In this document: positions 44,306 through 54,473 of the stretch, one piece after another
Layout of the letters: every line of letters starts with the position of its first letter
How positions within the stretch are numbered: the stretch's first letter is position 1
Source of the DNA: a virus
Taxonomy: Duplodnaviria; Heunggongvirae; Uroviricota; Caudoviricetes
IMG/VR virus record: IMGVR_UViG_3300042905_002309
Coordinates: 32,001-96,000 of that record
Strand: one strand, 5' to 3'
DNA: 64,000 bases
Position numbers and translations under genes: made by a program
Notes under the pieces: model-generated
What the model saw: only the letters and a program-made list of their open reading frames with translations
Told to the model about the DNA's origin: nothing
Databases searched by the model: none

Positions 44306-44761
44306 TTAACATTTAATACCTAATTCTTTTTCGGTAATTATGGTAAACTTCATATTATGCTTCGCTGCATACTGTTTAGCTGCATCCCATTTACTACTAT
44401 TGATAGCATATTCTTCCATTTCATACATTAATGTCTTTGGGGCTTTTCTTTTACTTGGTAAAGGTTGTTTCAATTTCTTTGCTGGTTTGTATTCAATGAT
44501 GTATTTTTCTAAAGTACCTGTAGGTGTTCTTAAAATACAATTAAAATCTATAAAATATCTATGAACTTTTCCGTCAGTCGGTTTCAAATAAGGTATAACT
44601 ACACTTTCAGACCCCCATTCAATGATATTTGGATTTAAATCTAACCATCTGCATAATAAAAACTCAGGATGTGAGCGATAACACAAAGGCATCGACCCCT
44701 TATACTTCGATGTATTCTTTAAGGGATAGATGCCTTGTGAATAATATATGTCTTTAGCCAT
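44306..44761 (-). CDS. gp4: Head completion nuclease (TnsA-like)
   Basis: KYKG, YRS..E, W.SE..VIPY, HRYF.DF, IE.KP, N..KW.AA. Confidence 0.9.
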   Translation of the reverse strand: MAKDIYYSQGIYPLKNTSKYKGSMPLCYRSHPEFLLCRWLDLNPNIIEWGSESVVIPYLKPTDGKVHRYFIDFNCILRTPTGTLEKYIIEYKPAKKLKQPLPSKRKAPKTLMYEMEEYAINSSKWDAAKQYAAKHNMKFTIITEKELGIKC

Positions 44762-44769
44762 ATATCACG

Positions 44770-46587
44770 TTATGCTACTGGTGGTACTGCTGTTGATGCG
44801 GGGGCTTCTGCGCCACCTGCGGGTGCCTGTGCGCCCTCACCACCTGCGGGTGCGACACCTTCTGCGGGTGCGGGAGTCGCTGCCTCTGGTGCGGCTCCAA
44901 ATTCTGGTGGTAATGCTGATCCACCACCCCCACCACCTGCTGGTGCTCCACCACCTTCTGCGGGTGCTCCACCACCAGCGGCTTCTGCGTCCTTCCAGTT
45001 TGGACCAGCTTCGCCAATCTTAGCTAATTCGTAAGCTAAAATAGCATCTTTACGTTTCCATTCACGGTTCTGTGCCATTTCATCATCAGTTAAACCAAGA
45101 TATTTCTTCTGTGCAAAACTGTTAGATACACCATCATTACTGCTCATGTTATTAAAGTTGTTGTATTTCAATTCGAAAATCTGATTCTGCTTCAACATCA
45201 TGTACATTGTAGGTAAATTAAACTCAAGTTCAAAACTATGTTCTTTAAGTTTGAAATTCTCCCACATCTTTCTAAGCTTTAAATGGGTAATAAAACTATC
45301 TTTTAATCCTGCTGCGAATTGTTTCTGAATACGTTGTAAGAATCTGGCAAAACGCAATTCTTCTCTGGTCATTGCATCACCATCTTTTACAACATTCTCA
45401 GGATCAAGGCGACCAATAGGAACTTTCATAGATTTATAAAGTGCTCTAAGGAAGTACATCAAGTCATCCAAACTTCCTAAGTTCATTCCACCTTCAAGAG
45501 CTTCTACTGTTGTACCTTCTGAGCCAGTTTTCTTAGGGAACCAATAAGAATCTAACATACTTTGCGGATCATACGTATTGGTAATACGACCAGTTGAAGT
45601 ATCATAAGTCTTTTTAGACCAATAATTCTGCATAAGACGCTTCATATAAGCTTCTGCTTTAGGTGGTGTAAGATTACCAACATCAACCTTGAATACTAAG
45701 CGTTGTGGCGCACGTACAAGTCTATGAATAACAATACTATCTTCAATTAAAGACAATTGTTTATATGATTTTCTTGCATTTTCAATATAAGGAACTTTGA
45801 AGTTGTTACCTTCACCCCATCTACCAGTATGAATATAAGTAACCTGTCTTGGTTCAAGAATAATCAACTGTTCCTTTTCTTGTTGATTTGATTTAGGATT
45901 AATAAGAGGTTTTCTTACTGCATATCCTTCGATGATATCATTCTGTTGATTTTTATAGAATGGATTAATCAATTCTGTGGGAACTGAAACTACACCTAAA
46001 ATACCGAATTCTGGATGGGTATCACTGATGACGTTTTCCCAAAATAATTCACCATCAACCATGAAATTATAACCACACTGCCAACCACGATCTTTCAACT
46101 TAAATAATTGGATATACTTATCCCACTCTTTTTGGATGGTTTCTTCAACAGCTTTACTAAAATCACCTTGAAGTTTTAAAAGTACAAAACGATTCTTTTC
46201 ATCTTCGGTAAATAATTCATCACAAATTTCCTCAAGACAGTCATTAAGAACTGAATATCCTGCCATTCTTCGATAATCTTGTAAACGTTTAATTTTATCA
46301 AGGTCGAGATTAGCATACATGAAGCGTTGATAATTTTTATCAGCTAGTAATGAACCCATTAAACCTTCTGTCTCGTCCTGTTGTTGACGAGTTATTGAAA
46401 GGTCATTAACTCTCTGATTACGGTCAATTACTAAATCTTGAAATGTTTCGTATTTTGGATTAAGTTGACTGATATTATCTAAAATCTGTACACCGAATGG
46501 TAAACGACTCATTACCGTAGAAAGAAAGCTTCTACCTGCACTTGTTGTCTGTGTTCCACCAACCCGGTTTGATCCTGTAGCATCCAT
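44770..46587 (-). CDS. gp20: Portal protein
   Basis: YRRMA, IEDSIVIHRLVRAP.R.VF.VDVGN, YWFP, REELRF. Confidence 0.95.
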   Translation of the reverse strand: MDATGSNRVGGTQTTSAGRSFLSTVMSRLPFGVQILDNISQLNPKYETFQDLVIDRNQRVNDLSITRQQQDETEGLMGSLLADKNYQRFMYANLDLDKIKRLQDYRRMAGYSVLNDCLEEICDELFTEDEKNRFVLLKLQGDFSKAVEETIQKEWDKYIQLFKLKDRGWQCGYNFMVDGELFWENVISDTHPEFGILGVVSVPTELINPFYKNQQNDIIEGYAVRKPLINPKSNQQEKEQLIILEPRQVTYIHTGRWGEGNNFKVPYIENARKSYKQLSLIEDSIVIHRLVRAPQRLVFKVDVGNLTPPKAEAYMKRLMQNYWSKKTYDTSTGRITNTYDPQSMLDSYWFPKKTGSEGTTVEALEGGMNLGSLDDLMYFLRALYKSMKVPIGRLDPENVVKDGDAMTREELRFARFLQRIQKQFAAGLKDSFITHLKLRKMWENFKLKEHSFELEFNLPTMYMMLKQNQIFELKYNNFNNMSSNDGVSNSFAQKKYLGLTDDEMAQNREWKRKDAILAYELAKIGEAGPNWKDAEAAGGGAPAEGGGAPAGGGGGGSALPPEFGAAPEAATPAPAEGVAPAGGEGAQAPAGGAEAPASTAVPPVA

Positions 46588-46657
46588 AATTTAAATTCTC
46601 CTATAATCTTTCAAATATTTATAGTAAAAGTATATAAATCTACTAAATAATTGAAGA

Positions 46658-46720
46658 AACAGTAATCAAGGAGCAACTAACTACCTTGAAACAGACGGGT
46701 TATCAATCTGCTGTCCTGTT
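46658..46720 (+). promoter_or_regulatory. Conserved structured leader of HNH gene (copy 3)
   Basis: CAGTAATC-stem-GAAAC-stem-CTGTCCTG. Confidence 0.7.
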
Positions 46721-47405
46721 CCTAAAGTATTTAGAAAGGGTTATGCAAATGGAAGAGATTACTACAAAAGTTTGTTCAAAATGTAAACAAGATAAGTCTA
46801 TCACAGAATTTTATATGGATAATAAAACTATTGATGGTTATAAAGTGTGGTGTAAAGACTGTTTTAAACTTTATAAACAAAAATATTATATGGATAATAA
46901 AATTGAAATTTCAATAAAACGCAAAGAATTCAAAATAAATAATAGTATTAAAGTTAAAAATCAGCGTAAAAAATCTGATATTAAAAATAAATTACATAAA
47001 AGGGATTATTCAAAATTATATTTTCAGCAAAATAAAACACAAATAAATCAGAAAAAACGATTAAAATATAAAACTGATTTTAATTATCGTTTAATTGTAA
47101 TTAATAGAAATCGAGTAAATGAAACAATTAAAAATAAAACATGTTCGTCTATTGATTTATTTTGTTGCACACCACAAGAAGTTAGAAATCATTTAGAGCA
47201 ACAATTCAGAGATGGTATGAATTGGATAAATTATGGATCATTATGGCATATTGATCATATAATTCCATTAGATTTCTTTGATTTAAATAATTCAACCGAA
47301 CAAAAGATTGCTAATCATTGGGGTAATTTACAACCGTTGTTAGTACACGAAAATATTTCAAAGGGTGATAATATACCAACACAAACTAATTTCAAATATT
47401 TATAA
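46686..47405 (+). CDS. HNH-type putative homing endonuclease
   Basis: KVCSKC; WHIDHIIP...NHWGNLQPL; true start probably ~46743. Confidence 0.8.
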   Translation: MKQTGYQSAVLFLKYLERVMQMEEITTKVCSKCKQDKSITEFYMDNKTIDGYKVWCKDCFKLYKQKYYMDNKIEISIKRKEFKINNSIKVKNQRKKSDIKNKLHKRDYSKLYFQQNKTQINQKKRLKYKTDFNYRLIVINRNRVNETIKNKTCSSIDLFCCTPQEVRNHLEQQFRDGMNWINYGSLWHIDHIIPLDFFDLNNSTEQKIANHWGNLQPLLVHENISKGDNIPTQTNFKYL

Positions 47406-48506
47406 AATCTGAATGCCACTAATATAAGGCCATTGTACAGTACTATTATGTGCTATGGCATCTTCTGTCAATTTACCTACACCTGCCATACCATACCCCA
47501 TAATATCAAAAAATCCTGATGTATTAATTTGTGGTAAAACAAATGTAATATTATTGTTATCTATGACAGTATATTCAGTGGATACCGCTGTAAATGCTGG
47601 ATAAATAGCTGATAATCTATGTGAAGAAACATAAGGATCAAATGTCTGATAACTTGATGCTTCGAATACACCGGATGTACCACTTAAAGTAATTCCAGAA
47701 AGATAATCAAACATGTTACCATGAATTGTGATTGTTTTGCCACTGTCAAAAGGCATGACTTGGTATGGTGCAACAGAATGTATGAATGGTCTACCTGATA
47801 TTTCCAAATAATCACTCGTAATGTCAGATTCCAAACTGTGCATATAATCGTAATTATCGAATAATGCTGAAACTGCATTGAAACTCATTGGAATATTATG
47901 AATGATACCTGAATTATTGTAGGCATTTCTGTACAACCACCCCTGTAAAGTGAATGTAGAATCTGCGACAATTCTATAGGGTTGTGTTCCAGCAATATCG
48001 AGAGGGTAGGTTAAATTAATAGCCTTATTCCACTCTAATTTACAACGAACTTCGTGTCCTAAATCAGGATGCTTGTATGAGATAATGATATATGGGTAAA
48101 AATAAGCAAAGATACAAGTCAAAATCTGATCGAGATCACGTTGATATCTTGTAAGGATGCTTAAATTTAAAGCGATTTCTACTGGAACTGGTTGAGGAAA
48201 ATCCCCACCATTTGGTGTGTAATTTTGGGCTACTGTAAAACCTTCAATTTTATTAAAAGCTCGTTTAGCGTCATAATTAATTGAACTCATAGTAAGTGCC
48301 ATTACTGGAACTTTAATGTGTTGTGCTTTATTGACTAAATCATGAATAACACGTTGTTTTGGTGCATAAGCCAATGACACTTGTATGCTGTCAGTATTAG
48401 TTTCTTCGTCAAGTTCATCCAAACGTCTAATCACAAGTCCATCTAAAGCAGCTAAGACTTGTGTTAATAATGTTCGTATTTCCTTATGATATGTATATTC
48501 ACGCAT
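47400..48506 (-). CDS. gp15: Tail sheath stabilizer/terminator with C-terminal Ig-like extension
   Basis: V.LAYAPK, P.MA......YD..R, P.PV, QIL..F.P, FTL.GWLY. Confidence 0.85.
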   Translation of the reverse strand: MREYTYHKEIRTLLTQVLAALDGLVIRRLDELDEETNTDSIQVSLAYAPKQRVIHDLVNKAQHIKVPVMALTMSSINYDAKRAFNKIEGFTVAQNYTPNGGDFPQPVPVEIALNLSILTRYQRDLDQILTCIFAYFYPYIIISYKHPDLGHEVRCKLEWNKAINLTYPLDIAGTQPYRIVADSTFTLQGWLYRNAYNNSGIIHNIPMSFNAVSALFDNYDYMHSLESDITSDYLEISGRPFIHSVAPYQVMPFDSGKTITIHGNMFDYLSGITLSGTSGVFEASSYQTFDPYVSSHRLSAIYPAFTAVSTEYTVIDNNNITFVLPQINTSGFFDIMGYGMAGVGKLTEDAIAHNSTVQWPYISGIQIL

Positions 48507-48510
48507 GTAA

Positions 48511-48771
48511 TTATTTATGTAAACGTGGCATTTCTATTACCATTTCACTAATTTTAAATCCGTCCATGAAAGATTTTGTGGTACATTTGCATAGGTGATG
48601 AAGTCCATTTTGTGGATCAATTGATTCCCAACCTCTACCAAAACATTTATTACAACTCGATTTTGGTAGTTTTTTTAATGGTATCTGATACTTGAAAAGT
48701 GTGGGTACATCATCTTGTTGTATTTTAAATGTATCACCTGTTACAATGCTTATTGCGTATAATTGGTTCAT
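48511..48771 (-). CDS. Hypothetical Zn-binding protein
   Basis: CNKCFGRG...CKC. Confidence 0.55.
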   Translation of the reverse strand: MNQLYAISIVTGDTFKIQQDDVPTLFKYQIPLKKLPKSSCNKCFGRGWESIDPQNGLHHLCKCTTKSFMDGFKISEMVIEMPRLHK

Positions 48772-49118
48772 GTTGTTACCTCAAATGTTAATACTTTATC
48801 ATAGAATTTCGATATACAAGTCTTTTTCATGCTATTAATAAGCGTTTCCATATCTTTATTATTCTTTGTAAAAGTCTTAATACGATAATCAAATGTAATA
48901 ATATTATATTTTTGGGACGCTTCAAAGGGTAAAGGAATCTTTAAGAGCTCGTTCTTAATCTTCTTCTTATTTTTGATATTAACGTTTAAATTAAAGAAGT
49001 TGTATCCAAAGGAGATTAAAGTGCCTTCTTTATAATTATTACCATCTAGTTTGATTATGACATGTGACAAAATAGCGGTTTTTAGTAGTTCATCGAGATA
49101 AATAGTGTATTCATTCAT
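48768..49118 (-). CDS. Hypothetical protein
   Basis: 116-aa ORF. Confidence 0.55.
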   Translation of the reverse strand: MNEYTIYLDELLKTAILSHVIIKLDGNNYKEGTLISFGYNFFNLNVNIKNKKKIKNELLKIPLPFEASQKYNIITFDYRIKTFTKNNKDMETLINSMKKTCISKFYDKVLTFEVTT

Positions 49119-49150
49119 ATAAGAATTTATACATCTAATTGTAATTGCAA

Positions 49151-49561
49151 CTACTTAGCCATAAATTTCAATTTATCAGCAGCACTCATCTTAGCAAAAA
49201 ATCCTTCGAATAGCGTCCAGAATTTCTCTTGATCTTTTTGTGTATGTACAGGTATGGCTGTAATTACGATAACATATTCAACTGGTATGGCACGCCAATC
49301 TTGCCATAATATATCCCAACAGAATACCACATTTTTCTCGACTGGATTATAAGCTGGTGGATTAATTGGTATCTGATAATTAAGGGTAAATCGTCCGGGT
49401 AAACTCTGTAATAAATTTCCATCTAGTGTACATAACATTCTACGGACATGAGGATTCTGTCCACGTACACCTAATTTCTCGTTTCTACGTACAAAGGATA
49501 GCTCTACTACATGAGTCTGTAGTAAAGCTTTTAATCCATCTCTTGATAATCTTCGTGCCAT
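49151..49561 (-). CDS. Conserved T4-like protein, WYL/SH3-like
   Basis: VELSF.R...RRMLCTL...WD...DWR. Confidence 0.55.
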   Translation of the reverse strand: MARRLSRDGLKALLQTHVVELSFVRRNEKLGVRGQNPHVRRMLCTLDGNLLQSLPGRFTLNYQIPINPPAYNPVEKNVVFCWDILWQDWRAIPVEYVIVITAIPVHTQKDQEKFWTLFEGFFAKMSAADKLKFMAK

Positions 49562-49576
49562 ATAACTATTTAGAGA

Positions 49577-50089
49577 TTACACCCACAATGACGTATCTAA
49601 TCTACCTGCATCAACTTCATCCAAATACTTAAACATATTATCCCATGTTGGGAAAAAATGATGTTCTTTCACGAATACACCTATCCAAGGATTGAATTTA
49701 TCCAACTGTGATTTATTATATTTCAAAAGAATAGGCTTCTTTTCAAAAGAGGCAACTACCATCTCATGAATTGTTCCGACAGTTGATACTTCTGGATTAT
49801 AATCAACAATTATAAAATCTGCTACATCTACTGAACGTAAATCCCAACGAACTACAGGCCAAAACTCTTCTTTAAGTGTTTTCCAATCTTCACGCATGAT
49901 AATGTCTTTGAATTTCTTCTTAGCATCGCCAATCTCTTCATCTCCATTAGCCTTCTTACAAGGGTCTAATACACCTAGACCATATTGTTTCAATCTAGGT
50001 GTAATTAAATCTCTCCAAGATGTACCATCATCAGATACATCTTTGATTGGTCCTGCTAAGTACACAACTCTATCTTGTAAGTAGTTCAT
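49577..50089 (-). CDS. Nucleoside 2-deoxyribosyltransferase-like protein
   Basis: VYLAGPI, WR, DP, DL..V..AD, GT..E. Confidence 0.8.
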   Translation of the reverse strand: MNYLQDRVVYLAGPIKDVSDDGTSWRDLITPRLKQYGLGVLDPCKKANGDEEIGDAKKKFKDIIMREDWKTLKEEFWPVVRWDLRSVDVADFIIVDYNPEVSTVGTIHEMVVASFEKKPILLKYNKSQLDKFNPWIGVFVKEHHFFPTWDNMFKYLDEVDAGRLDTSLWV

Positions 50090-50478
50090 GCCTTTTCTTT
50101 CAAGATTGCAAAGATTCTTGATTCATTTAAGAAGATAACTTTCTTCTTACCAAATGCTACCATTCCAATACCTTTATCATTGGGGTAGAGAATTAATGTA
50201 CCAACTTGGATACTCTTTGAAACTTGTGGACCAACGTTTAACACCTTACCGACACGCCATGCTTTTGTTCCAGCGGCTTCGGAAATAATAATACCACCAC
50301 GAGTAACTAAACCATCACCGACTTCATCTACATTTTCAAGACAGATGATGTCACCAAGTACACCATCGATTTCATAATCCATTGGAGTACCACCATAACC
50401 CTTACACGCTTCTAAATCAAGTGGTGCATAACCACCGACTCTATCTTCAACTGCTTCTCTGTATTCTTTTTCGCTCAT
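50086..50478 (-). CDS. GroES-like co-chaperonin
   Basis: TRGGII, GKVLNVGP, VG..I.Y, FLNE..I.A. Confidence 0.85.
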   Translation of the reverse strand: MSEKEYREAVEDRVGGYAPLDLEACKGYGGTPMDYEIDGVLGDIICLENVDEVGDGLVTRGGIIISEAAGTKAWRVGKVLNVGPQVSKSIQVGTLILYPNDKGIGMVAFGKKKVIFLNESRIFAILKEKA

Positions 50479-50489
50479 ATTGTTATTCC

Positions 50490-50735
50490 TTAATCTAAAA
50501 AGTTAACTATCAAATTTTTCTTGGTTAAATCCTCTTGATTTTTAGAAGCTCTGGCTTCTGCAATTTTGATAGCGGATTCGGTAAATAATAAACATCGTTC
50601 ATTTTTACCGTTTGCATCTTCAACCCAAATTGCTATATATGTTTCGTTGGCGTTTGTGAATTTTGGTTTCTCTGTATTCCAAACTTTAATCAATCTTCCA
50701 TTCTTTATGGTATTCTTATCTATTTTATTGCTCAT
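50490..50735 (-). CDS. Hypothetical protein
   Basis: 81-aa ORF with RBS. Confidence 0.55.
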   Translation of the reverse strand: MSNKIDKNTIKNGRLIKVWNTEKPKFTNANETYIAIWVEDANGKNERCLLFTESAIKIAEARASKNQEDLTKKNLIVNFLD

Positions 50736-50739
50736 ATTG

Positions 50740-50955
50740 TTATTCCTTTGTGTCTATACTATCATTATTAAATGCATTGTCAACACTCTTTCGATAATGA
50801 TTACATAATTTACATGTTTTGGAGCCTTGTTCGTAGATATGTTTACCATACTGCCCATTTGATTGTCGGTTTTTCTTACAAAAGACATTTTTATTGATCT
50901 TTTTCTTAAACGACTTCTTATCGTCGCTATTAACCCATTTATCCCAACTAGGCAT
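50740..50955 (-). CDS. Hypothetical protein
   Basis: 71-aa ORF. Confidence 0.45.
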   Translation of the reverse strand: MPSWDKWVNSDDKKSFKKKINKNVFCKKNRQSNGQYGKHIYEQGSKTCKLCNHYRKSVDNAFNNDSIDTKE

Positions 50956-50956
50956 G

Positions 50957-51352
50957 TTATGTTTCTCCCTGATTCATCGACTCAATTTGTTTCATTCTAT
51001 TTTCAGCTTCTTTCTTAGATATTTCGTATCGTCTTGCTAACTCTGCAATCATCTTATCTCTATCCTCATTAACAACTTTCTTATCTCGTTTCAAATAACG
51101 AATCTTCTTATATGATTTACTCTTATCAACCAATGTTAAGTAGAGTTTGTACCACATTTCCTTATCATCCGAAAGTCCTTTACAAAGTTTATTAGTGGTT
51201 TCGGATACAAGTAAAGCATTTTGAGTTGAATTCATGCTAACCCAACGTTGTAACATATAAGGACTTTGTAAAGCGTCATTGAACTCATTATTATTTATAA
51301 GTTCTCCGGTTTTATTTCGGAAGATATCATCAAGTATGTTGAAAATAGTCAT
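50957..51352 (-). CDS. gp62: Clamp loader small subunit (gp62-like)
   Basis: IF.IL..I, PYML.RW.SM, N, Y.IS..EA. Confidence 0.7.
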   Translation of the reverse strand: MTIFNILDDIFRNKTGELINNNEFNDALQSPYMLQRWVSMNSTQNALLVSETTNKLCKGLSDDKEMWYKLYLTLVDKSKSYKKIRYLKRDKKVVNEDRDKMIAELARRYEISKKEAENRMKQIESMNQGET

Positions 51353-51353
51353 A

Positions 51354-51914
51354 TTACATCTTTGTTGTATTTATAAAGAGGTTATTCACTAGGTTGTAAA
51401 ACATCCCATTTACCTCATCCATAAACTTATAGCATAATTCCTGTTCTAAATGCAAGGAAAAAGCTCTTGGAATTGCAGATTCTCCTGCATCATTATATAA
51501 TCCAAGATAAATTAGGATGGTTCCGTTAAGATTCTTGATATAATTCATTGATACGACACCATCTAATTGATTGATGCCACCATGTGAATGTTCCTTTTTC
51601 ACAATGATATCCGTGTTCATAATTTCCATTGGTGAATCTGTATACACCTTCTTGGAAAGTATGTTACCTACATTGGTGATAAATAGTTGTTGAATTGCCA
51701 CACCAGCGTAATTAGTTGATTCGGGTATCTCTAAACAGAAGTTTAATGATTGGGTACTTTCACAAACCTTTTCATTTATAATCATTTTAACAGGTGAAAT
51801 AAATGATACTATATTACCAATTCGTAAAGTATGTCTATCAGAGTGATATTTATTAGCGAACTTCTTATTGAAAAAGTCGTTATCTAACAACTTAGGACTA
51901 TTTGGTATAATCAT
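51354..51914 (-). CDS. Hypothetical protein
   Basis: 186-aa ORF. Confidence 0.6.
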   Translation of the reverse strand: MIIPNSPKLLDNDFFNKKFANKYHSDRHTLRIGNIVSFISPVKMIINEKVCESTQSLNFCLEIPESTNYAGVAIQQLFITNVGNILSKKVYTDSPMEIMNTDIIVKKEHSHGGINQLDGVVSMNYIKNLNGTILIYLGLYNDAGESAIPRAFSLHLEQELCYKFMDEVNGMFYNLVNNLFINTTKM

Positions 51915-52507
51915 GTTTGCTCCAAAATACGTATAATTACCCCTGCTCGATCAAAAATGTGTAAGGTATGATCCCAATTGTATTCTTTTGTTGACTCTTT
52001 AATAGCGGTTTTCATCACTACTTCAAAGATATCACTTTGTGCAATCATTCTAGCGCATGTGGAGCATGGGTAATAACCCTTTTCTGAAAATAGGTATAAA
52101 GTTGAACCTGTTAAATCTTGTTTGGCATTTACAATAGCATTTTCTTCACTATGTACGGCATATGGGTATTTATTTTCTTTAGACCAATAATCGAATACTA
52201 ATCCTTCTTTAGGCATTAAACTTGGAAGCATTTTATCTGTATTATAAATAACATGAAATCCATCATCATCAAATCCTTTTGGTAATCCATTGTATCCGAT
52301 GGAAAGTACTTTATTATCCCTTACAATACAGCTACCATGCCTTGTAGAGGGGTCTTTGGAACGTTTTGATGCCAACTCCGCTATGCCCATAAACAATTCG
52401 TCCCAACTAATGTAATCATTTCTCTTCATGTTTAATAATTTAACATATTTTGCTTGAATTGCAAGTCTAAATGATAAATACTTATAAAGATTTACACAGG
52501 AGTACAC
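51911..52507 (-). CDS. dCMP deaminase
   Basis: RSKDPST..G, GYNG.P, HSE.NA, PCxxC; probable start MKRND. Confidence 0.92.
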   Translation of the reverse strand: MYSCVNLYKYLSFRLAIQAKYVKLLNMKRNDYISWDELFMGIAELASKRSKDPSTRHGSCIVRDNKVLSIGYNGLPKGFDDDGFHVIYNTDKMLPSLMPKEGLVFDYWSKENKYPYAVHSEENAIVNAKQDLTGSTLYLFSEKGYYPCSTCARMIAQSDIFEVVMKTAIKESTKEYNWDHTLHIFDRAGVIIRILEQT

Positions 52508-52947
52508 TTATGGCAACAAAATTTGAAAAATACTTTAGCAAAACATTGATTAACGAAGCTGTTCCCGCACCTATGAATGATGCGGCTGCGCTTGATGCTT
52601 CCATTGAAAACCCTGCTGATAGAGCAAAATTAGGACAAGAAGTGTCTAATGTGGCTGTTGGTGCTGATAATGTCAACTCAAACGTTGAAGAACTCCGTGG
52701 TATTGCTGATGGTTATGCACAAGAATTGAATTCCATCTTGGAACGTGTTGTTGCCATCCATAATGATATTACTACTGGTTCATTAGCTCAACTTGGTATC
52801 AAAGTAGGTTCAAATATCCTTACAGGTATTCGTGCAGACTTGAGCAAATTAGCACAGGTTATTGGTGGTGGCGCAAATGACGCTATTATTAAACAAGAAT
52901 CTGATAGAGCTAAAGAAGCTACAAAAACTGCTCCTACTAAAGTATAA
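52471..52947 (+). CDS. Hypothetical protein, possible internal head protein
   Basis: Probable start MATKFEKYFSKTLINEA after AGGAG. Confidence 0.6.
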   Translation: MINTYKDLHRSTLMATKFEKYFSKTLINEAVPAPMNDAAALDASIENPADRAKLGQEVSNVAVGADNVNSNVEELRGIADGYAQELNSILERVVAIHNDITTGSLAQLGIKVGSNILTGIRADLSKLAQVIGGGANDAIIKQESDRAKEATKTAPTKV

Positions 52948-52985
52948 CGATTGACTTCAATATAAAATATGTTATCCTACTAGGG

Positions 52986-53993
52986 ATGAAACAATTGCCT
53001 TTCAATTTAGTAGAGAAATATTTTAATATTTACGCAGGACAACCTAAGAAACTCGCAAAGGGTGATTTAAATGGTGGTTGTTGGCATTGCAGAGAAGGTA
53101 AATCTTGGGGTAAAAAACAAAGACTTTGGTTCTTACCTGATAAGGATTTAATTTACTGCTTCAATTGTAACATGTCATGGAATCCTCTAAACTGGATTAA
53201 ACAAGTCTCAGGATTGAATTACAAAGAAATCCTTGAAGAAGCAAATGGCTTTGATCACTTTTATTCAGAGGATGCCGAAGAAGTGTTCACACCCGCTAAA
53301 AAAATGTCTACATTACCACTAGACTCAATTAATTTATCTGATCCAGTTCAAGTTAAGTATTACAGTGATAGTTATGTAGTTCAAGAAGCATTAAAAATCA
53401 TTCATGAACGTAAACTAGATACTTGTGCAAATACTGCTGAATTGTACATCAGTTTGAAGGATTATGTTCATAAAAATCGTATATGTATACCCTTTAAAGA
53501 TAGTGATAATAAAATACGATTTTATCAAACACGAGCAATCTTTCAAAATGACGCAAATCGTGCAAAATATCTTTCCAAAGCTAATGCAGACAAGACTATT
53601 TTCGGGTTGAATAAAATCGATCCAGAATTTGAGTACTTATTAATCACAGAAGGTCCGATTGATAGTATGTTTATTGGTAAGAATGGTGTATCTATGGCAG
53701 GATTAACTATTACCGATCATCAGAAGTCTTTATTAAGTAAGTATATAACTTTTCAGAGGATTTGGATATTGGATAATCAACTTGATAATGAAGATGTAGT
53801 TGAAAAGTACCAGAATCTTATTAAACAAAAAGAACGTGTTTTTATCTGGCCGAAAACTTATAAAGCCTTCAAAGATATTAATGAATTATGTTGCAAGGTA
53901 AATCTCAACTCAATTAAACCTGAATTCTTTATTGATAATTCGTATACAGATTTAAATGCGACATTACGATTGAATGAATCTATTAACCGTTAA
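52986..53993 (+). CDS. gp61: DNA primase
   Basis: CxxC..CFNC zinc domain, IPF, Q.R, KY, EGPIDSMF, DN, KDINE. Confidence 0.93.
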   Translation: MKQLPFNLVEKYFNIYAGQPKKLAKGDLNGGCWHCREGKSWGKKQRLWFLPDKDLIYCFNCNMSWNPLNWIKQVSGLNYKEILEEANGFDHFYSEDAEEVFTPAKKMSTLPLDSINLSDPVQVKYYSDSYVVQEALKIIHERKLDTCANTAELYISLKDYVHKNRICIPFKDSDNKIRFYQTRAIFQNDANRAKYLSKANADKTIFGLNKIDPEFEYLLITEGPIDSMFIGKNGVSMAGLTITDHQKSLLSKYITFQRIWILDNQLDNEDVVEKYQNLIKQKERVFIWPKTYKAFKDINELCCKVNLNSIKPEFFIDNSYTDLNATLRLNESINR

Positions 53994-54465
53994 GATATCG
54001 GTAATAATCATCGAAAGGTAAATATAATGATGCATTTATTGGACTATCACTCTTCTTAATAAATTGTCCACTTTTTCTTGGTTGCAATTTAGATCGTCTT
54101 ATTTTTTGAACTCTTGGTGAACTAGTAATTTGTTCTATTTCCGCACTTCTATCAGGTTTTGGTGGTGGTTGCGTCTGAGCTAATCTTAATGAAGATTTTC
54201 CAACAGGTGGAGCTACAACTTTAGGTGTTTGTTCTACTGCTGGTGCAGGTTTCGATGCAGGTGTAGAAACAACTGGTGCAGGTGCAGGTACATTTAAATC
54301 AGGTGTCTCTTCGTCCGATCCAACTCCTTTATCATGAGTTGATTCACCTTCTATCTCATTAAATATATCTACAAACTCTTTTCCATCCTTAGCAAAATCT
54401 GCTGGTCCAATTGGTGGAATTTCAACAGGATTTGATTTATTTTGTATTTTATCTTCTGTATTCAT
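53983..54465 (-). CDS. Hypothetical Pro-rich protein
   Basis: 160-aa ORF. Confidence 0.6.
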   Translation of the reverse strand: MNTEDKIQNKSNPVEIPPIGPADFAKDGKEFVDIFNEIEGESTHDKGVGSDEETPDLNVPAPAPVVSTPASKPAPAVEQTPKVVAPPVGKSSLRLAQTQPPPKPDRSAEIEQITSSPRVQKIRRSKLQPRKSGQFIKKSDSPINASLYLPFDDYYRYLNG

Positions 54466-54473
54466 TTTACACC

